Shown: positions 25,757-37,161 of the stretch, piece after piece | Layout of the letters: each line of letters begins with the position of its first letter | Position numbering within the stretch: the first letter of the stretch is position 1 | Virus record (IMG/VR): IMGVR_UViG_3300042945_001831 | Location: 1 to 64,000 of that record | From: a virus | Direction: 5' to 3' (one strand) | DNA: 64,000 bases | Notes under the pieces: model-generated | Told to the model about the DNA's origin: nothing | Database searches by the model: none | The model's input: only the letters and a program-made list of their open reading frames with translations | Translations under genes and position numbers: made by a program

Positions 25757-28700
25757 ATGGCACAAAACACTAATTTAAATATCTCTCCATATTTTGATGA
25801 TTTTGATGAGAATAAAAACTACAAGAAAGTTTTATTCAAACCTGGATTTCCAATTCAATCCAGAGAATTAAACACTCTACAATCAATTCTTCAAAATCAA
25901 ACTGAAAAATTTGGTCAATATTTTTTTAAAGAGGGATCAGTTGTTATTCCAGGGGCAACTTTTTATGATGATAGATATTTTGCCGTCAGAATAGATCCAT
26001 ATTTTTTAAATATACCAGTAAAAGAATATACAAGTATATTATCGTCCGAAGAAATTGAAATAAAAGGAGAAACTTCTGGTGTAACCGCAACTGTTGTTAA
26101 TAGAATTACAGATACAGAATCCATAGATGGATTTGATACTCTTTATGTAAAATATAAATCCTCGGGAACAGATCCAAATGTAAAAACTTTTATTGATGGT
26201 GAGAATTTAATTACGCTTTCGGATATTAATTATTCTTTAACTAAAATTTCAACAAATAGTTCATTTGCAAAGTGTATAAATTCAAATGCAACTAAAATTG
26301 GATCTTCCGCTTCAATTAATGATGGAGTTTATTTTATAAGAGGATATTTTGTAAAAGTTCAAAAAGAAACAATAATTTTAGATCAATATAGCAATGCTCC
26401 TAGTTATAGGATTGGTTTATTAATTAATGAACAAATTATCTCAGCATCAAGTGAAAATCAAGATCTTTTTGACAATGCTCAAGGATTTCCAAATGAATCA
26501 GCACCTGGAGCTGATAGATTTAAAATCAGTGCAAGTTTACACAAAAAAGAATTAACTGATTTAAATGATCAAAATTTTGTAGAATTAATTCGTGTAAATC
26601 AAGGAATATTGCAAAAATTTGTCAATAAAACAGAATTAAATATTTTCAAAGAAGAATTAGCAAGAAGAACATTTGAAGAGTCTGGAGATTATTACGTTTC
26701 CCCATTTGCTATTGACGTTAGAGAATCTTTAAATGACAGAATCTCCAATAGAGGTGTATATTATGAAAATCAATTAACGCAAAACGGAAATACTCCATCT
26801 GATGATATTTTTGTTTTGCAAGTTTCTCCAGGAAAAGCATATGTTAGAGGATATGATATTGATAAATTATCTACATCATCCATAGATTTAGTAAAACCAA
26901 GAACCACGAAATCAAAACAGAATGTAAGTTTACCAATAAAAATTGGAAATTTAGTCAGAACAAATAACGTGTATGGTTCTCCAAAAATTGGATTTTCAAC
27001 AACATATACAATAAATTTGTTAAATCAAAGATTGGATAGCAATCGCACAATTGGATCAGCGACAACTATTGGCATCGCTAGAGTTTATGATTTCAATCAA
27101 AGATTTGTTTCTGGTATTTCGACCACTGAATACGATTTAAGACTTTTTGATATTCAAACATATACTTCAGTTACAATTGGACTTGGTATCACTGCATCAG
27201 CAGATTCGCACATTAAAGGTCAATATAGTGGTGCAACTGGATTTTTGAAAAATTCAATTGCAAATGAAACATCTTTAACCATATATGATACTAAAGGAAA
27301 TTTTTCAATTAATGAACCAATTATAGTTAATGGAATTAATGTAGGTAGAAATTTAACATCAATAGTAGATTATAACTTTACTGATGTTAAATCAGTATAT
27401 GGAGCAGTTGGAGTATCGACTTTTGCTTCTGATTTGGTTTTGGGACAAAAAGCAAAAGTTTTTACAGAAACAAGTCAATTTACAATTACTCCGGGAACGA
27501 CAGGGATTAGTACAGTAACAAGCCCAAGTGTTTCGGATTTTAGGTCATTAGTAAAAATTGGAGATATTGTACAATATTCTAGACCAGGATTTAGTACAAT
27601 TACATACAATAGAGTATCAAATGTTTCTGCAACTAAGTTAACAGTTGTTGGTGTATCTACAGTCATTGGAGTGTGTGAAGGTAATCTTCCTTCTTCTGGG
27701 TCGGATTTGACTGTTACTGATTTTGATGTTGTAATTCCATCATTAGAGGATGCATCCAATCCTGGATATACAATTGATATACAAAATAGATATGTTTCTT
27801 CAATTAATTTATTAGATTCTACGTATATTGCAAGAAAACAAATTTTAAAAAATATTACAGCATCTACATATACTTTTTATTTGAGTGATCTTGGAGATAA
27901 TAATATTTATTTTGAACCATTCAAAGAAGATAATTATATTTTAACTTGGGAAACAGGACAAAAGGAAGTTTTAACTAGCGCACAAGTATCGTTTAGTTCA
28001 AATTTAAGAGAATTGACTATTTCTGGTCTTTCTAGAACTGGAAACGCAACTTTATCTTGCACAGTAAAGAGAACAACACTTTCATCTAAAGAAAAAACAT
28101 TAGTTAGATGCAATGAATTAATAATTAATAGATCAAAATATAGTGGATCTGGAATTGGATCAACTACTTTTAATGATGGCCTTACTTATAATTCAGTATA
28201 TGGAACTAGAGTACAGGATGATGAAATTTCATTAAATTATCCAGACATTTATAGAATTTTAGGTGTTTTTGAATCAAATGATAGTAATAATCCAACTTTA
28301 CCAGCATTGACAGTCTCATCTCAATCTGACAGTTTTGTAAATAATGTAAAGATAGGAGAACAACTTATTGGAAATTCTTCTGGGGCACTTGCTCGTGTCG
28401 TGTATGTTGATGGATCAAATCAAATAAGGTTTGTATATGAAAATGAAAAAACTTTTGAAATTGAAGAAATAATAACATTTAAAACTTCTTCTATTGTTGC
28501 AACTATTAGTATTTTAATAGTTGGTGATAGAAATATTATTAGAAATTATCAATTTGATGATGGGTATAGATTAGAATATGCAGATTATGGAAGAATTATA
28601 AGAAACTCTGGAATTGCAGAACCAACTAAAAAATTAAGTATTATTTTTGATTATTATCAAAATAATGAATCATCTGGAACAGTTGAATCTGTAAATAGTT

Positions 28701-31700
28701 ATAATTCATTAAATTATTCTAAAGAAATACCATCAGTATTGGGTGTACGAGCATCCGACTATATTGATTTTAGACCAAAAGTTTTACCATATTCTACAAC
28801 TAGTACACTATCGCCATTTTCATTCTCAAGTAGAAATTTTTCAGGATCTTCTTCTGAAACAATTGTTTCTAATGAAACAATTGTTGTAGATTATTCGTAT
28901 TATCTTGGAAGACTGGATAGATTATATCTAACTAAAGATGGATTATTTGAAATAAAAAAAGGAGAACCATCAGAAAATCCAAAACTTCCTATTCCAAATA
29001 ATGAAGGATTTGAAGTTGCAACAATTTCAATGAATCCTTATATGATTAATGCTACTAATGATTGTTCAATAAAAACTATACCTCATAAGAGGTATACGAT
29101 GAATGATATTGGGAATCTTGAGACAAGAATCAAAACATTAGAAGATTATACAACTCTTTCTTTACTTGAAACTGATACAAAAAATCTATCAATAAAAGAT
29201 CCAAACACTGGACTTGATAAATTTAAATCAGGATTTTTTGTAGATACTTTTAGAAATCACGAATCTCATAATTTGACTGGTGATTCTAAATTTGATATTG
29301 ATATAGAAAATGGAGAATGCAGACCAAGATCAACAGAAAGAAATGTCTCTTTAATTTTTGAAACAAAATCGTCTTTAGCAAATCCAACAAATTCTGACTA
29401 TCGTTGGATTGAAGATTTCGAATCTAACAATATTACAAGAAATGGTGTAGGTTTAACTTTAAAATATACTGAAGTTCCATTTATTGTACAAGATCTTGCA
29501 AGTAGAACAGAAAATATAAATCCTTTCCATATAGCATTATATGCTGGAGCAATTGAACTTACTCCAATATCTGATTTCTGGATTGAAGAAGTTATGCTGG
29601 AAACTCCAGATGTAATAAAAATTGATTCCGCTTTTGGTGCTGTTGCAGAATTGCTCGGAGTAGAGGATAGAGAAAACGGTGGAATGTCTGCAAGTTATTG
29701 GAATTCTCACGAAACAACTTGGACTGGAAAAGAATTAATTAAAGAAGAATTAGTTAGTAGTGATGTGATTAGTTCTTCTAGTGTTGTTGATGCACAACGT
29801 AGAAATCAAGTTCCACTTAGAAGAGACGTAACTACTACTACTAATGTACTTTCTAATGATTATTTACAAACAATACAGCAAACAGGAATAAACAAAACTT
29901 TTGGTTTGCAACTAACTGCAGGTGAAGAAAAAATAAGTCTTGGAAATAGAGTTATTGGAGTTGATGTTTTATATAATTGTCGTTCTAGAAACATTGAAGT
30001 AGTTGGAAATAAATTAAAACCAAATACAAGATATTATGTCTTTTTTGAGAATACAGATGTAACAGAATATTGCACTCCAAAACTTTTACCAATTACGATG
30101 AGAAGAGGGACATTTGCAACTTCTGATATTGTAAGAACTTCAATATCATCACAATCAGTTGGAAATCCTCAAATCAAATTTAGAGTTGCACAACTAAATC
30201 ACAAATTTGGTGATTTTAAATCACCAACTGTAACTTACAGTACGGATCCATATACATCATCTCCTTTGGGATCATCATATTCCAGCACTAGCACGATTGT
30301 AAATCTTGATACTGGAGATTTGGCACTTCTTGTGGATCCATCACGTTCTGGATGGGTTAGAAAAGGTTCTGTGATAGCAAATGAATCTGGAACTGCTGAA
30401 GCAGTTGTTAATGAATTGAGTTTAAGGAGCGATGAAAAAGGAACTCTTATTTTCTCGTTGTTTATTCCAGATCCAAAAATTCCAAGCAATCCCAAATTTA
30501 CCACTGGACAGAATACAATTAGAATTACTACAAGTCCAACAAATGCAAACAATTTAGACCCAGGTGAAAGTTCTGCACAAACTACTTACTTTGCTACTGG
30601 TTATGCACAAAATACTCAAGAACAAACACTTTCAATCAAAACTCCAGAAATTGAAAGAAAACAAATTGGTTCCGATCAACCAATTACACAAATAACACAA
30701 AGTCTTGATGAAAACAGAATTGAAACTAGAACAAATGTTTCTGATACTGGTTGGTATGACCCTCTTGCTCAATCTTTCTTAATTGAAAGAGACAAGTATC
30801 AAGATGGAGTATTTGTTACTGGTGGAGAAGTTTACTTTAAAACAAAAGATGAAGTTTCTCCAGTTACAATCCAAATTAGAACTATGAGAGATGGTTCTCC
30901 AACTGGAGTAATCGTTCCATTTGGAGAAACTCAAGTAGATCCAAAAGATATTCCACTTTCCACAGATGGAAGTGCTCCAACTATATTTAAATTTTCAACT
31001 CCGGTATATTTGCAATCTGGATATGAATATGCACTTGTTTTAGTATCATCTACTAGCAAATACTTAACGTTTACATCTAGAGTTGGTGAGGAAGATTTAA
31101 TTCTTGGGTCAATAAGCAATAAGCAACCATATATGGGTTCATTGTTTAAATCACAAAACGGATCAACTTGGGATCCAAGTCAATTTGAAGATTTGAAATT
31201 CAAGCTCTTTAAGGCAAAGTTTGTAACAAACACTCCATCTAGTTTCATATTTTACAATTCTGATCTTCCAAAAGGTAAGATTTTAAAAGAAAATCCAGCA
31301 ACTTCATATTCTAAGAGACAATATGTTTCAATTGCAAATACAACTATTTCATTTGCTCAAGGAAATAGTTTAACACAAACTTCATCTTATGGTAATATTT
31401 TTGATTATGGTGGTCCAGTCGGATTAGGAACAAGTTCTTTAGTTGTATCTTCTTCTGGAATTGGATTAACTAATGGAACTTTTACTGGAATTGGATTTAG
31501 TGCATTGACTGGGTATGGAAGTTCTTGTGTTGCAACAGTCACTGTATCTAATGGTGCTATAAGTAATTTAAATGTAACAAGTGGTGGAAATGGATATAGA
31601 TCTGGTGATTTGATTTTGGTAAATCAATTAGGAAACACTGGAACTGGCGTAAGAGCAACAGTTGGAATTGTTTCTACTACAAACTTGTTGGTTATTGATG

Positions 31701-33046
31701 ATGTAAATGGATCATTCAATACATTAGATTCTTTGACATATTACAATTCAACTGGTTCATCATTTGGACTTGCTGCTCCAACTTCTATCAATGATGATCC
31801 AATCAGAGATGGATATACATTATTGTTTGATCACAAAAATCACGGAATGCATTCAAGTTCAAATAAATTAGAAGTAATTAATTTCAATAGTGATTTGTCA
31901 CCAACAATTCTTTCTTCATCTATTTTGGATACATCAACAACAATAACTGTAAGCAATCCTGGAATATTAACTTCATTTGAAGGATCTGCCATAGGTGTTG
32001 CTAATACTGGATATTTGCTAATTGATAATGAAATAATTTCTTATAATTCTATTTCTGGAAATAATATTACAATTACTGAAAGGGGAATTGATAATAGTTT
32101 AAAAACAACTCATGCTATAAATTCATTGGTATATACTTATCAATTTAACTCTATTTCATTAAGAAAAATCAATAAAACACACAATATTGATTCAAGAGAA
32201 AAAACATTTGATAGTTACTATTTAAAATTATCAGATACATCAAAATCATTTAAAACAACCAAATCTGGCGGTGGAAAAAATCTTGAAGTTTCTCAAAATG
32301 TTCCATTTGAAGTTATTTCTCCAAGAATTAATTCAATAACACCTTCAGGAACAAATATTACAGCAAGAATTAAAACAATTTCAGGAACAAGTATTAGTGG
32401 AAATGAATCATCATTTGCAGATCAAGGATATGAGAATGTTTCTTTAAATAAATTGAATTATCTTAATAGTCCAAGAATTGTGGCATCGAAAGTAAATGAG
32501 TATAATTTACTTTCAAATGAAAAGTCATTTGCACTTGAAATGACTTTATCTACAACTAAAGAAGATGTATCGCCATTTATTGATTTGAATACTGCAAATA
32601 TTATCGCAATTAGCAACTTGGTTGATGATAAAGTTGAAAACTTTGAGACTGATAATAGATGTAAAATTCCAGGAAGTGATCCAAATTCTGGAATATATGA
32701 AACTAAAAAAATATCTTTGGAGTTCCCAGCAAACTCACTTTATGTTCAATTTGATGGACATAAATTTGCTGGAGCAGATATTCGAGTTATGTATAAACTT
32801 TATAGAAATGATAATTCAGATTTTCAACAAATTTATACTCCATTTAATACTGATGGATCACCAGACAAAACAGTAAATTCAAATAACAATTTAAATCAAT
32901 TTAGTGAATATAAATTTACTGCAGAAAATCTACCACAATTTAATGGATTTATGATTAAGGTTATTATGACCTCTAATGATCAATCAAAACCACCTAGAAT
33001 TAAAAACTTTAGGTCAATTGCTCTTCGTTCATATGCAGCAGAATGA
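25757..33046 (+). CDS. large virion structural protein, VrlC-like / DUF4815
   Basis: NISPYFDDFD..KVLFKPGFPIQSRELNTLQS, APGADRF, LARRTFEESGDY, KFKSGFFVD, YDPLAQSF, FEDLKFKL. Confidence 0.85.
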   Translation: MAQNTNLNISPYFDDFDENKNYKKVLFKPGFPIQSRELNTLQSILQNQTEKFGQYFFKEGSVVIPGATFYDDRYFAVRIDPYFLNIPVKEYTSILSSEEIEIKGETSGVTATVVNRITDTESIDGFDTLYVKYKSSGTDPNVKTFIDGENLITLSDINYSLTKISTNSSFAKCINSNATKIGSSASINDGVYFIRGYFVKVQKETIILDQYSNAPSYRIGLLINEQIISASSENQDLFDNAQGFPNESAPGADRFKISASLHKKELTDLNDQNFVELIRVNQGILQKFVNKTELNIFKEELARRTFEESGDYYVSPFAIDVRESLNDRISNRGVYYENQLTQNGNTPSDDIFVLQVSPGKAYVRGYDIDKLSTSSIDLVKPRTTKSKQNVSLPIKIGNLVRTNNVYGSPKIGFSTTYTINLLNQRLDSNRTIGSATTIGIARVYDFNQRFVSGISTTEYDLRLFDIQTYTSVTIGLGITASADSHIKGQYSGATGFLKNSIANETSLTIYDTKGNFSINEPIIVNGINVGRNLTSIVDYNFTDVKSVYGAVGVSTFASDLVLGQKAKVFTETSQFTITPGTTGISTVTSPSVSDFRSLVKIGDIVQYSRPGFSTITYNRVSNVSATKLTVVGVSTVIGVCEGNLPSSGSDLTVTDFDVVIPSLEDASNPGYTIDIQNRYVSSINLLDSTYIARKQILKNITASTYTFYLSDLGDNNIYFEPFKEDNYILTWETGQKEVLTSAQVSFSSNLRELTISGLSRTGNATLSCTVKRTTLSSKEKTLVRCNELIINRSKYSGSGIGSTTFNDGLTYNSVYGTRVQDDEISLNYPDIYRILGVFESNDSNNPTLPALTVSSQSDSFVNNVKIGEQLIGNSSGALARVVYVDGSNQIRFVYENEKTFEIEEIITFKTSSIVATISILIVGDRNIIRNYQFDDGYRLEYADYGRIIRNSGIAEPTKKLSIIFDYYQNNESSGTVESVNSYNSLNYSKEIPSVLGVRASDYIDFRPKVLPYSTTSTLSPFSFSSRNFSGSSSETIVSNETIVVDYSYYLGRLDRLYLTKDGLFEIKKGEPSENPKLPIPNNEGFEVATISMNPYMINATNDCSIKTIPHKRYTMNDIGNLETRIKTLEDYTTLSLLETDTKNLSIKDPNTGLDKFKSGFFVDTFRNHESHNLTGDSKFDIDIENGECRPRSTERNVSLIFETKSSLANPTNSDYRWIEDFESNNITRNGVGLTLKYTEVPFIVQDLASRTENINPFHIALYAGAIELTPISDFWIEEVMLETPDVIKIDSAFGAVAELLGVEDRENGGMSASYWNSHETTWTGKELIKEELVSSDVISSSSVVDAQRRNQVPLRRDVTTTTNVLSNDYLQTIQQTGINKTFGLQLTAGEEKISLGNRVIGVDVLYNCRSRNIEVVGNKLKPNTRYYVFFENTDVTEYCTPKLLPITMRRGTFATSDIVRTSISSQSVGNPQIKFRVAQLNHKFGDFKSPTVTYSTDPYTSSPLGSSYSSTSTIVNLDTGDLALLVDPSRSGWVRKGSVIANESGTAEAVVNELSLRSDEKGTLIFSLFIPDPKIPSNPKFTTGQNTIRITTSPTNANNLDPGESSAQTTYFATGYAQNTQEQTLSIKTPEIERKQIGSDQPITQITQSLDENRIETRTNVSDTGWYDPLAQSFLIERDKYQDGVFVTGGEVYFKTKDEVSPVTIQIRTMRDGSPTGVIVPFGETQVDPKDIPLSTDGSAPTIFKFSTPVYLQSGYEYALVLVSSTSKYLTFTSRVGEEDLILGSISNKQPYMGSLFKSQNGSTWDPSQFEDLKFKLFKAKFVTNTPSSFIFYNSDLPKGKILKENPATSYSKRQYVSIANTTISFAQGNSLTQTSSYGNIFDYGGPVGLGTSSLVVSSSGIGLTNGTFTGIGFSALTGYGSSCVATVTVSNGAISNLNVTSGGNGYRSGDLILVNQLGNTGTGVRATVGIVSTTNLLVIDDVNGSFNTLDSLTYYNSTGSSFGLAAPTSINDDPIRDGYTLLFDHKNHGMHSSSNKLEVINFNSDLSPTILSSSILDTSTTITVSNPGILTSFEGSAIGVANTGYLLIDNEIISYNSISGNNITITERGIDNSLKTTHAINSLVYTYQFNSISLRKINKTHNIDSREKTFDSYYLKLSDTSKSFKTTKSGGGKNLEVSQNVPFEVISPRINSITPSGTNITARIKTISGTSISGNESSFADQGYENVSLNKLNYLNSPRIVASKVNEYNLLSNEKSFALEMTLSTTKEDVSPFIDLNTANIIAISNLVDDKVENFETDNRCKIPGSDPNSGIYETKKISLEFPANSLYVQFDGHKFAGADIRVMYKLYRNDNSDFQQIYTPFNTDGSPDKTVNSNNNLNQFSEYKFTAENLPQFNGFMIKVIMTSNDQSKPPRIKNFRSIALRSYAAE

Positions 33047-33267
33047 ATAATTATTTAATAGTAGAAACTGATAGAAATTTAATTAGAGATTTAGATTCTA
33101 ATGCAATTGTAAATAAAAACAAAAATGAATATGATCAATTTTTAAAAATATCAGAACAAAAATATAAAGAAAAAAAAGAATTTGAAGATTTAAAAAATGA
33201 AGTCAATTTAATAAAAAGTGATTTAAGTGAAATTAAATCACTTTTAACTTTTATTGTGAATAAATGA
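33043..33267 (+). CDS. small coiled-coil hypothetical protein
   Basis: LIRDLDSNAIVN...EVNLIKSDLSEIKSLL; ATGA coupling. Confidence 0.8.
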   Translation: MNNYLIVETDRNLIRDLDSNAIVNKNKNEYDQFLKISEQKYKEKKEFEDLKNEVNLIKSDLSEIKSLLTFIVNK

Positions 33268-33269
33268 CT

Positions 33270-33277
33270 TATAAATA
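33270..33277 (+). promoter_or_regulatory. late promoter TATAAATA
   Basis: exact consensus. Confidence 0.8.
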
Positions 33278-33306
33278 ACTTAGAAAGATTTTAATTTAAT
33301 GTAATA

Positions 33307-33645
33307 ATGTCTGCATATGTTAGTAACATAATTATTGATGCTGGAAGTGACTTTTCTCAAACTTTTTATCTTGAGCAATCTACAAATTCACCATTAAATT
33401 TATCTGGGTATACTGGAGCATCTTTAATAAAAAAGCACCCAGCAGCATTAAAAACTATTGCAGCATTTGTAGTTTCATTTCCAAATAGAATCAATGGAGA
33501 AATTGTATTATCTTTGGGATCGACTATTACTTCCACGTTAAAACCTGGAAGATATTGTTATGATGTATTATTGAATAGTGGTACTAATGTTAAAACCAGA
33601 GTAATTGAAGGAAGTGCTATTGTTACTGCTGGAATTACTACTTAA
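33307..33645 (+). CDS. putative virion structural protein (BppU N-terminal-like)
   Basis: IIIDAGSDFSQTF, LNLSGYT, LKPGRYCYDV, TRVIEG. Confidence 0.75.
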   Translation: MSAYVSNIIIDAGSDFSQTFYLEQSTNSPLNLSGYTGASLIKKHPAALKTIAAFVVSFPNRINGEIVLSLGSTITSTLKPGRYCYDVLLNSGTNVKTRVIEGSAIVTAGITT

Positions 33646-33650
33646 CAAAA

Positions 33651-34670
33651 ATGTCAGATATCAAAGTAAGAGTTGGATCACAAAATGCAATAAAAGTTAT
33701 ATCTACAGTTTCCGGAAAAACTGAAGGACGATTTCCCGGAGATTTAGTAGTAGAAGGAAATACATTTTTGGGAAATGATTCCAATGATGTATTATCTGTT
33801 ATTGGAATTGCAACATTCGTTGGAAATATTACTCAAACAGGAACATTTACAAATTTTGGTGGGGCAATAATTGATGAAATTAGCATTTTTTCAAATGTAA
33901 TTTCAACAAAATCTGGCACTGGAAATGTACTTTATATTGATCCATATCCAGATGGTTTGAGTAATGAAGGAAAAGTTGTAATTAAAGGTGATTTGCAAGT
34001 TGATGGAACTACAACCACAGTTAATTCAAGCATAATAAGCACAAACGAAACTATTTTAAATCTTGGTGATATTACAAGTATTAGAACTGTTATTTCTCCA
34101 GTCTCTTCTGGTGTAAGTACAATTTCATTGGATTCTATCATAGGTATTAATACTGGTGATATTATTTCTGGTTCAAATAGTCTTCCAATTTCATCTACAG
34201 ACAGAACAATTGTTGGATATAATCCAACAACAAAAGTTATTACCATACAGGGATCTACATTTTCAAGTATTTCTACCACAACCCAATTAACTATACAGCA
34301 TTTTTATGACACAAATACAGATAGAGGTATTTCATTCGAATACAATACATCATCTGGTGTCGAAAATTATAAAAAAGGATTTTTTGGATTTAAAGATAAT
34401 AGCGGTTACTTTACTTTTATTCCAGATGCTACATTTACAAATAGTGTAGTAACTGGAACTAAAGGAACATTAGATATTGGTGCAATTTATTTAAATTTTG
34501 CATCTTCTGGTATTAGTACTAGAGGAGTATCTTATTTTGATTCATTTGGAAAATTAGTAAGTACAAATTCGCCAGAAATTGGATATGCAAGAACATCTAA
34601 TTATATTCTAACCACAAATGATTCAAATGTTCCTGTTTGGACTAATATATTAGATGGAGGATCTTTTTGA
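33651..34670 (+). CDS. putative fibre / virion structural protein
   Basis: GDLQVDGTTTTVNS, DRGISFEY, GFFG, C-terminal LDGGSF. Confidence 0.7.
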   Translation: MSDIKVRVGSQNAIKVISTVSGKTEGRFPGDLVVEGNTFLGNDSNDVLSVIGIATFVGNITQTGTFTNFGGAIIDEISIFSNVISTKSGTGNVLYIDPYPDGLSNEGKVVIKGDLQVDGTTTTVNSSIISTNETILNLGDITSIRTVISPVSSGVSTISLDSIIGINTGDIISGSNSLPISSTDRTIVGYNPTTKVITIQGSTFSSISTTTQLTIQHFYDTNTDRGISFEYNTSSGVENYKKGFFGFKDNSGYFTFIPDATFTNSVVTGTKGTLDIGAIYLNFASSGISTRGVSYFDSFGKLVSTNSPEIGYARTSNYILTTNDSNVPVWTNILDGGSF

Positions 34671-34671
34671 T

Positions 34672-34899
34672 ATGGATAGTCAAGTTGATGTCAATATTTT
34701 AATTAATGTGTACAATCAAAAAATATCTTCATTGATAAATCAAAATATTTTATTAGAAGCAAAAATTAAATCAAATTTAAAAGACTACGAAGAAGAAAAA
34801 AACACTCTTCTTATAAAAAATCTTGAACTGCAAAAAAAATATGATGAATTGAATAAATCAAAGCAAAAAAATCAAAATGATCAAGATAAATACGAATAG
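34672..34899 (+). CDS. small coiled-coil hypothetical protein
   Basis: GGAGG RBS, MDSQVDVNILINVYNQKISSLINQNILLEAK. Confidence 0.75.
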   Translation: MDSQVDVNILINVYNQKISSLINQNILLEAKIKSNLKDYEEEKNTLLIKNLELQKKYDELNKSKQKNQNDQDKYE

Positions 34900-34913
34900 G
34901 CGGAAATTTAAAA

Positions 34914-35729
34914 ATGTCTCAACCATCATCTCGTCAAGGTTTAATCGATTACTGCTTGAGAAAGCTTGGTTATCCAGTTTTAGAAATTAATGTTGATGAT
35001 GATCAAATAGATGATTTAGTTGATGATGCCATTCAATACTACAATGAGAGGCATTATGATGGAATTGAAAGGGTTTATTTAAAACACAAATTAGATAAAG
35101 ATCAAGTAAATACATTAAGAACCGGGGTTACAACTTCAACTGCATCATCAAATGTTGGAGTAACTACAGTATCATACACAGAAACAAATAATTTTTTACA
35201 ACTTCCAGATTATGTTATTGGAGTCAACAACGTATTTAAAGTTGATTCTAGTACTATTTCTAGTGGATTATTCAATATTAAGTATCAAATATTTTTAAAT
35301 GATTTATATTATTATGGAGCATTAGATCTTTTAAATTATTCAATGACAAAAACTTATTTGGAAGATTTGAGTAGACTTCTAACACCAGATGTTCAAATAA
35401 GATTTAATAAAAAAAATCATAGGTTATATATGGATATTGATTGGGCACAAATGAGTGATACAAATTATTTAATATTTGATTGCTACAGAATGATAAATCC
35501 ATCAGACACGCCAAAAGTATATAATGATTTTTGGTTAAAAAAATATTTGACATCTTTAATTAAAAGACAATGGGGTCAAAATATGATTAAATTCCAAGGA
35601 GTTATGCTTCCTGGTGGTGTTCAACTAAATGGTAGACAAATTTATGATGATGCAGTTGCAGAAATAGATGAAATTGAGAAGCAACTTAAGTACGAATACG
35701 AATTGCCCCCAATGGATATGATCGGATAA
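34914..35729 (+). CDS. gp13: neck protein gp13
   Basis: LIDYCLRKLGYPVLEINVDDDQI, IKRQWGQNMIKF, LPGGVQLNG. Confidence 0.95.
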   Translation: MSQPSSRQGLIDYCLRKLGYPVLEINVDDDQIDDLVDDAIQYYNERHYDGIERVYLKHKLDKDQVNTLRTGVTTSTASSNVGVTTVSYTETNNFLQLPDYVIGVNNVFKVDSSTISSGLFNIKYQIFLNDLYYYGALDLLNYSMTKTYLEDLSRLLTPDVQIRFNKKNHRLYMDIDWAQMSDTNYLIFDCYRMINPSDTPKVYNDFWLKKYLTSLIKRQWGQNMIKFQGVMLPGGVQLNGRQIYDDAVAEIDEIEKQLKYEYELPPMDMIG

Positions 35730-35733
35730 TATT

Positions 35734-37131
35734 ATGTCACCACTTAATCCATTTTTTTTACAAGGTTCTGCAAGTGAACAAAGACTGGTTCAAGATTTAA
35801 TTAATGAACAATTGAGAATGTATGGGCAAGATGTAGTATATCTTCCTAGAAAAATTATTAATAAAAAAACTGTCATTAAAGAAGTAGTTGCATCAAAATT
35901 TGATGATTCTTTTAGAATTGAAGCATATTTGATGAATTATCAAGGATTTGGCGGTCAAGGAGATATATTATCAAAATTCGGAGTTCAAACTACAGATCAA
36001 CTTACTTTAATAATATCAAAAGAAAGATATGAAGATTTCATATCTCCATTTTTAACTGGAGATGAACAAATAGAATTAACAACAAGACCAGAAGAAGGAG
36101 ATTTGATATATTTACCATTAGATAATACAATTTTTGAAATTAAATATGTAGAAGGAAAAGCACCATTCTATCAGTTGAATAATTTGTATGTTTATGAATT
36201 GAGATGTGAAGTATTTGACTATGCATCTGACGATATTATTGATACTTCTATATCTGAAGTTGATGAATCCGTAGAAAATTTTGGATATATAACAACAATC
36301 AATATGGTTGGTGCTTCTGCAACTTCAGCATCAGCATCTGTAAGTTTATCCAATATTACTGGAAAATCAGTTTCGAGTATAGATCTAATTAATGATGGAA
36401 CTGGATATTTGTCCACCCCTATTGTTTCAATTTCAACTTCACCAAATGGTATTTCAGCAACAGCAGTTGCAATTATGACGTATCGTTCTGGACAAACTGG
36501 AAATTCTATTGATAAGATTTTAATAATCAACCCAGGATATGGATATACAATTGAACCAACAGTAACAATAAAATCAAATTCTGGTTCTGGAGCAATTGCA
36601 AGTGCAATTATTTCTAGTGGTTCACTTTCAAGTATTAGCATAATTAATACTGGATTTGAATATTCATCAGCACCAATAGTTTCAATTTCTACTGCTCCTC
36701 ATGGTGGAACAAATGCCTCTGCAGTATCAACTATAAATTCAGATGGAGAAGTTACTTCCATAAGATACATCAATGCTGGTGCTGGATATACAATAGCACC
36801 AAATATCACATTCACATCACCTTCTGATAGTTCATTTGGAAATTATAAATTTAATGAAAATGTGAGGGGAGTTTCCACAGGAACAACTGCTTATGTATCT
36901 AAATGGGATTCTGTCAATAGAAAACTTGAAGTTAAAGTTACTAATGGAACATTTGCAGTTGGAGAAACTATTGTTGGTCTGGGAACAACTAATGGTTATA
37001 GTGCAAGTTATAAAGTTTTATCAATAGAAAGAGATGATTTGTATGATACATATGCAGAAAATATTCCTATAGAAAATGAAGCGGATAATATTCTCGATTT
37101 CAGCGAAAGAAACCCCTTTGGAGATTATTAA
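35734..37131 (+). CDS. gp14: neck protein gp14 (with inserted repeat modules)
   Basis: EQRLVQDLINEQLRMYGQDVVYLPR, RPEEGDLIY, DFSERNPFG. Confidence 0.92.
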   Translation: MSPLNPFFLQGSASEQRLVQDLINEQLRMYGQDVVYLPRKIINKKTVIKEVVASKFDDSFRIEAYLMNYQGFGGQGDILSKFGVQTTDQLTLIISKERYEDFISPFLTGDEQIELTTRPEEGDLIYLPLDNTIFEIKYVEGKAPFYQLNNLYVYELRCEVFDYASDDIIDTSISEVDESVENFGYITTINMVGASATSASASVSLSNITGKSVSSIDLINDGTGYLSTPIVSISTSPNGISATAVAIMTYRSGQTGNSIDKILIINPGYGYTIEPTVTIKSNSGSGAIASAIISSGSLSSISIINTGFEYSSAPIVSISTAPHGGTNASAVSTINSDGEVTSIRYINAGAGYTIAPNITFTSPSDSSFGNYKFNENVRGVSTGTTAYVSKWDSVNRKLEVKVTNGTFAVGETIVGLGTTNGYSASYKVLSIERDDLYDTYAENIPIENEADNILDFSERNPFGDY

Positions 37132-37161
37132 ATCTAAATAATTAATAAAACTTTTAATATT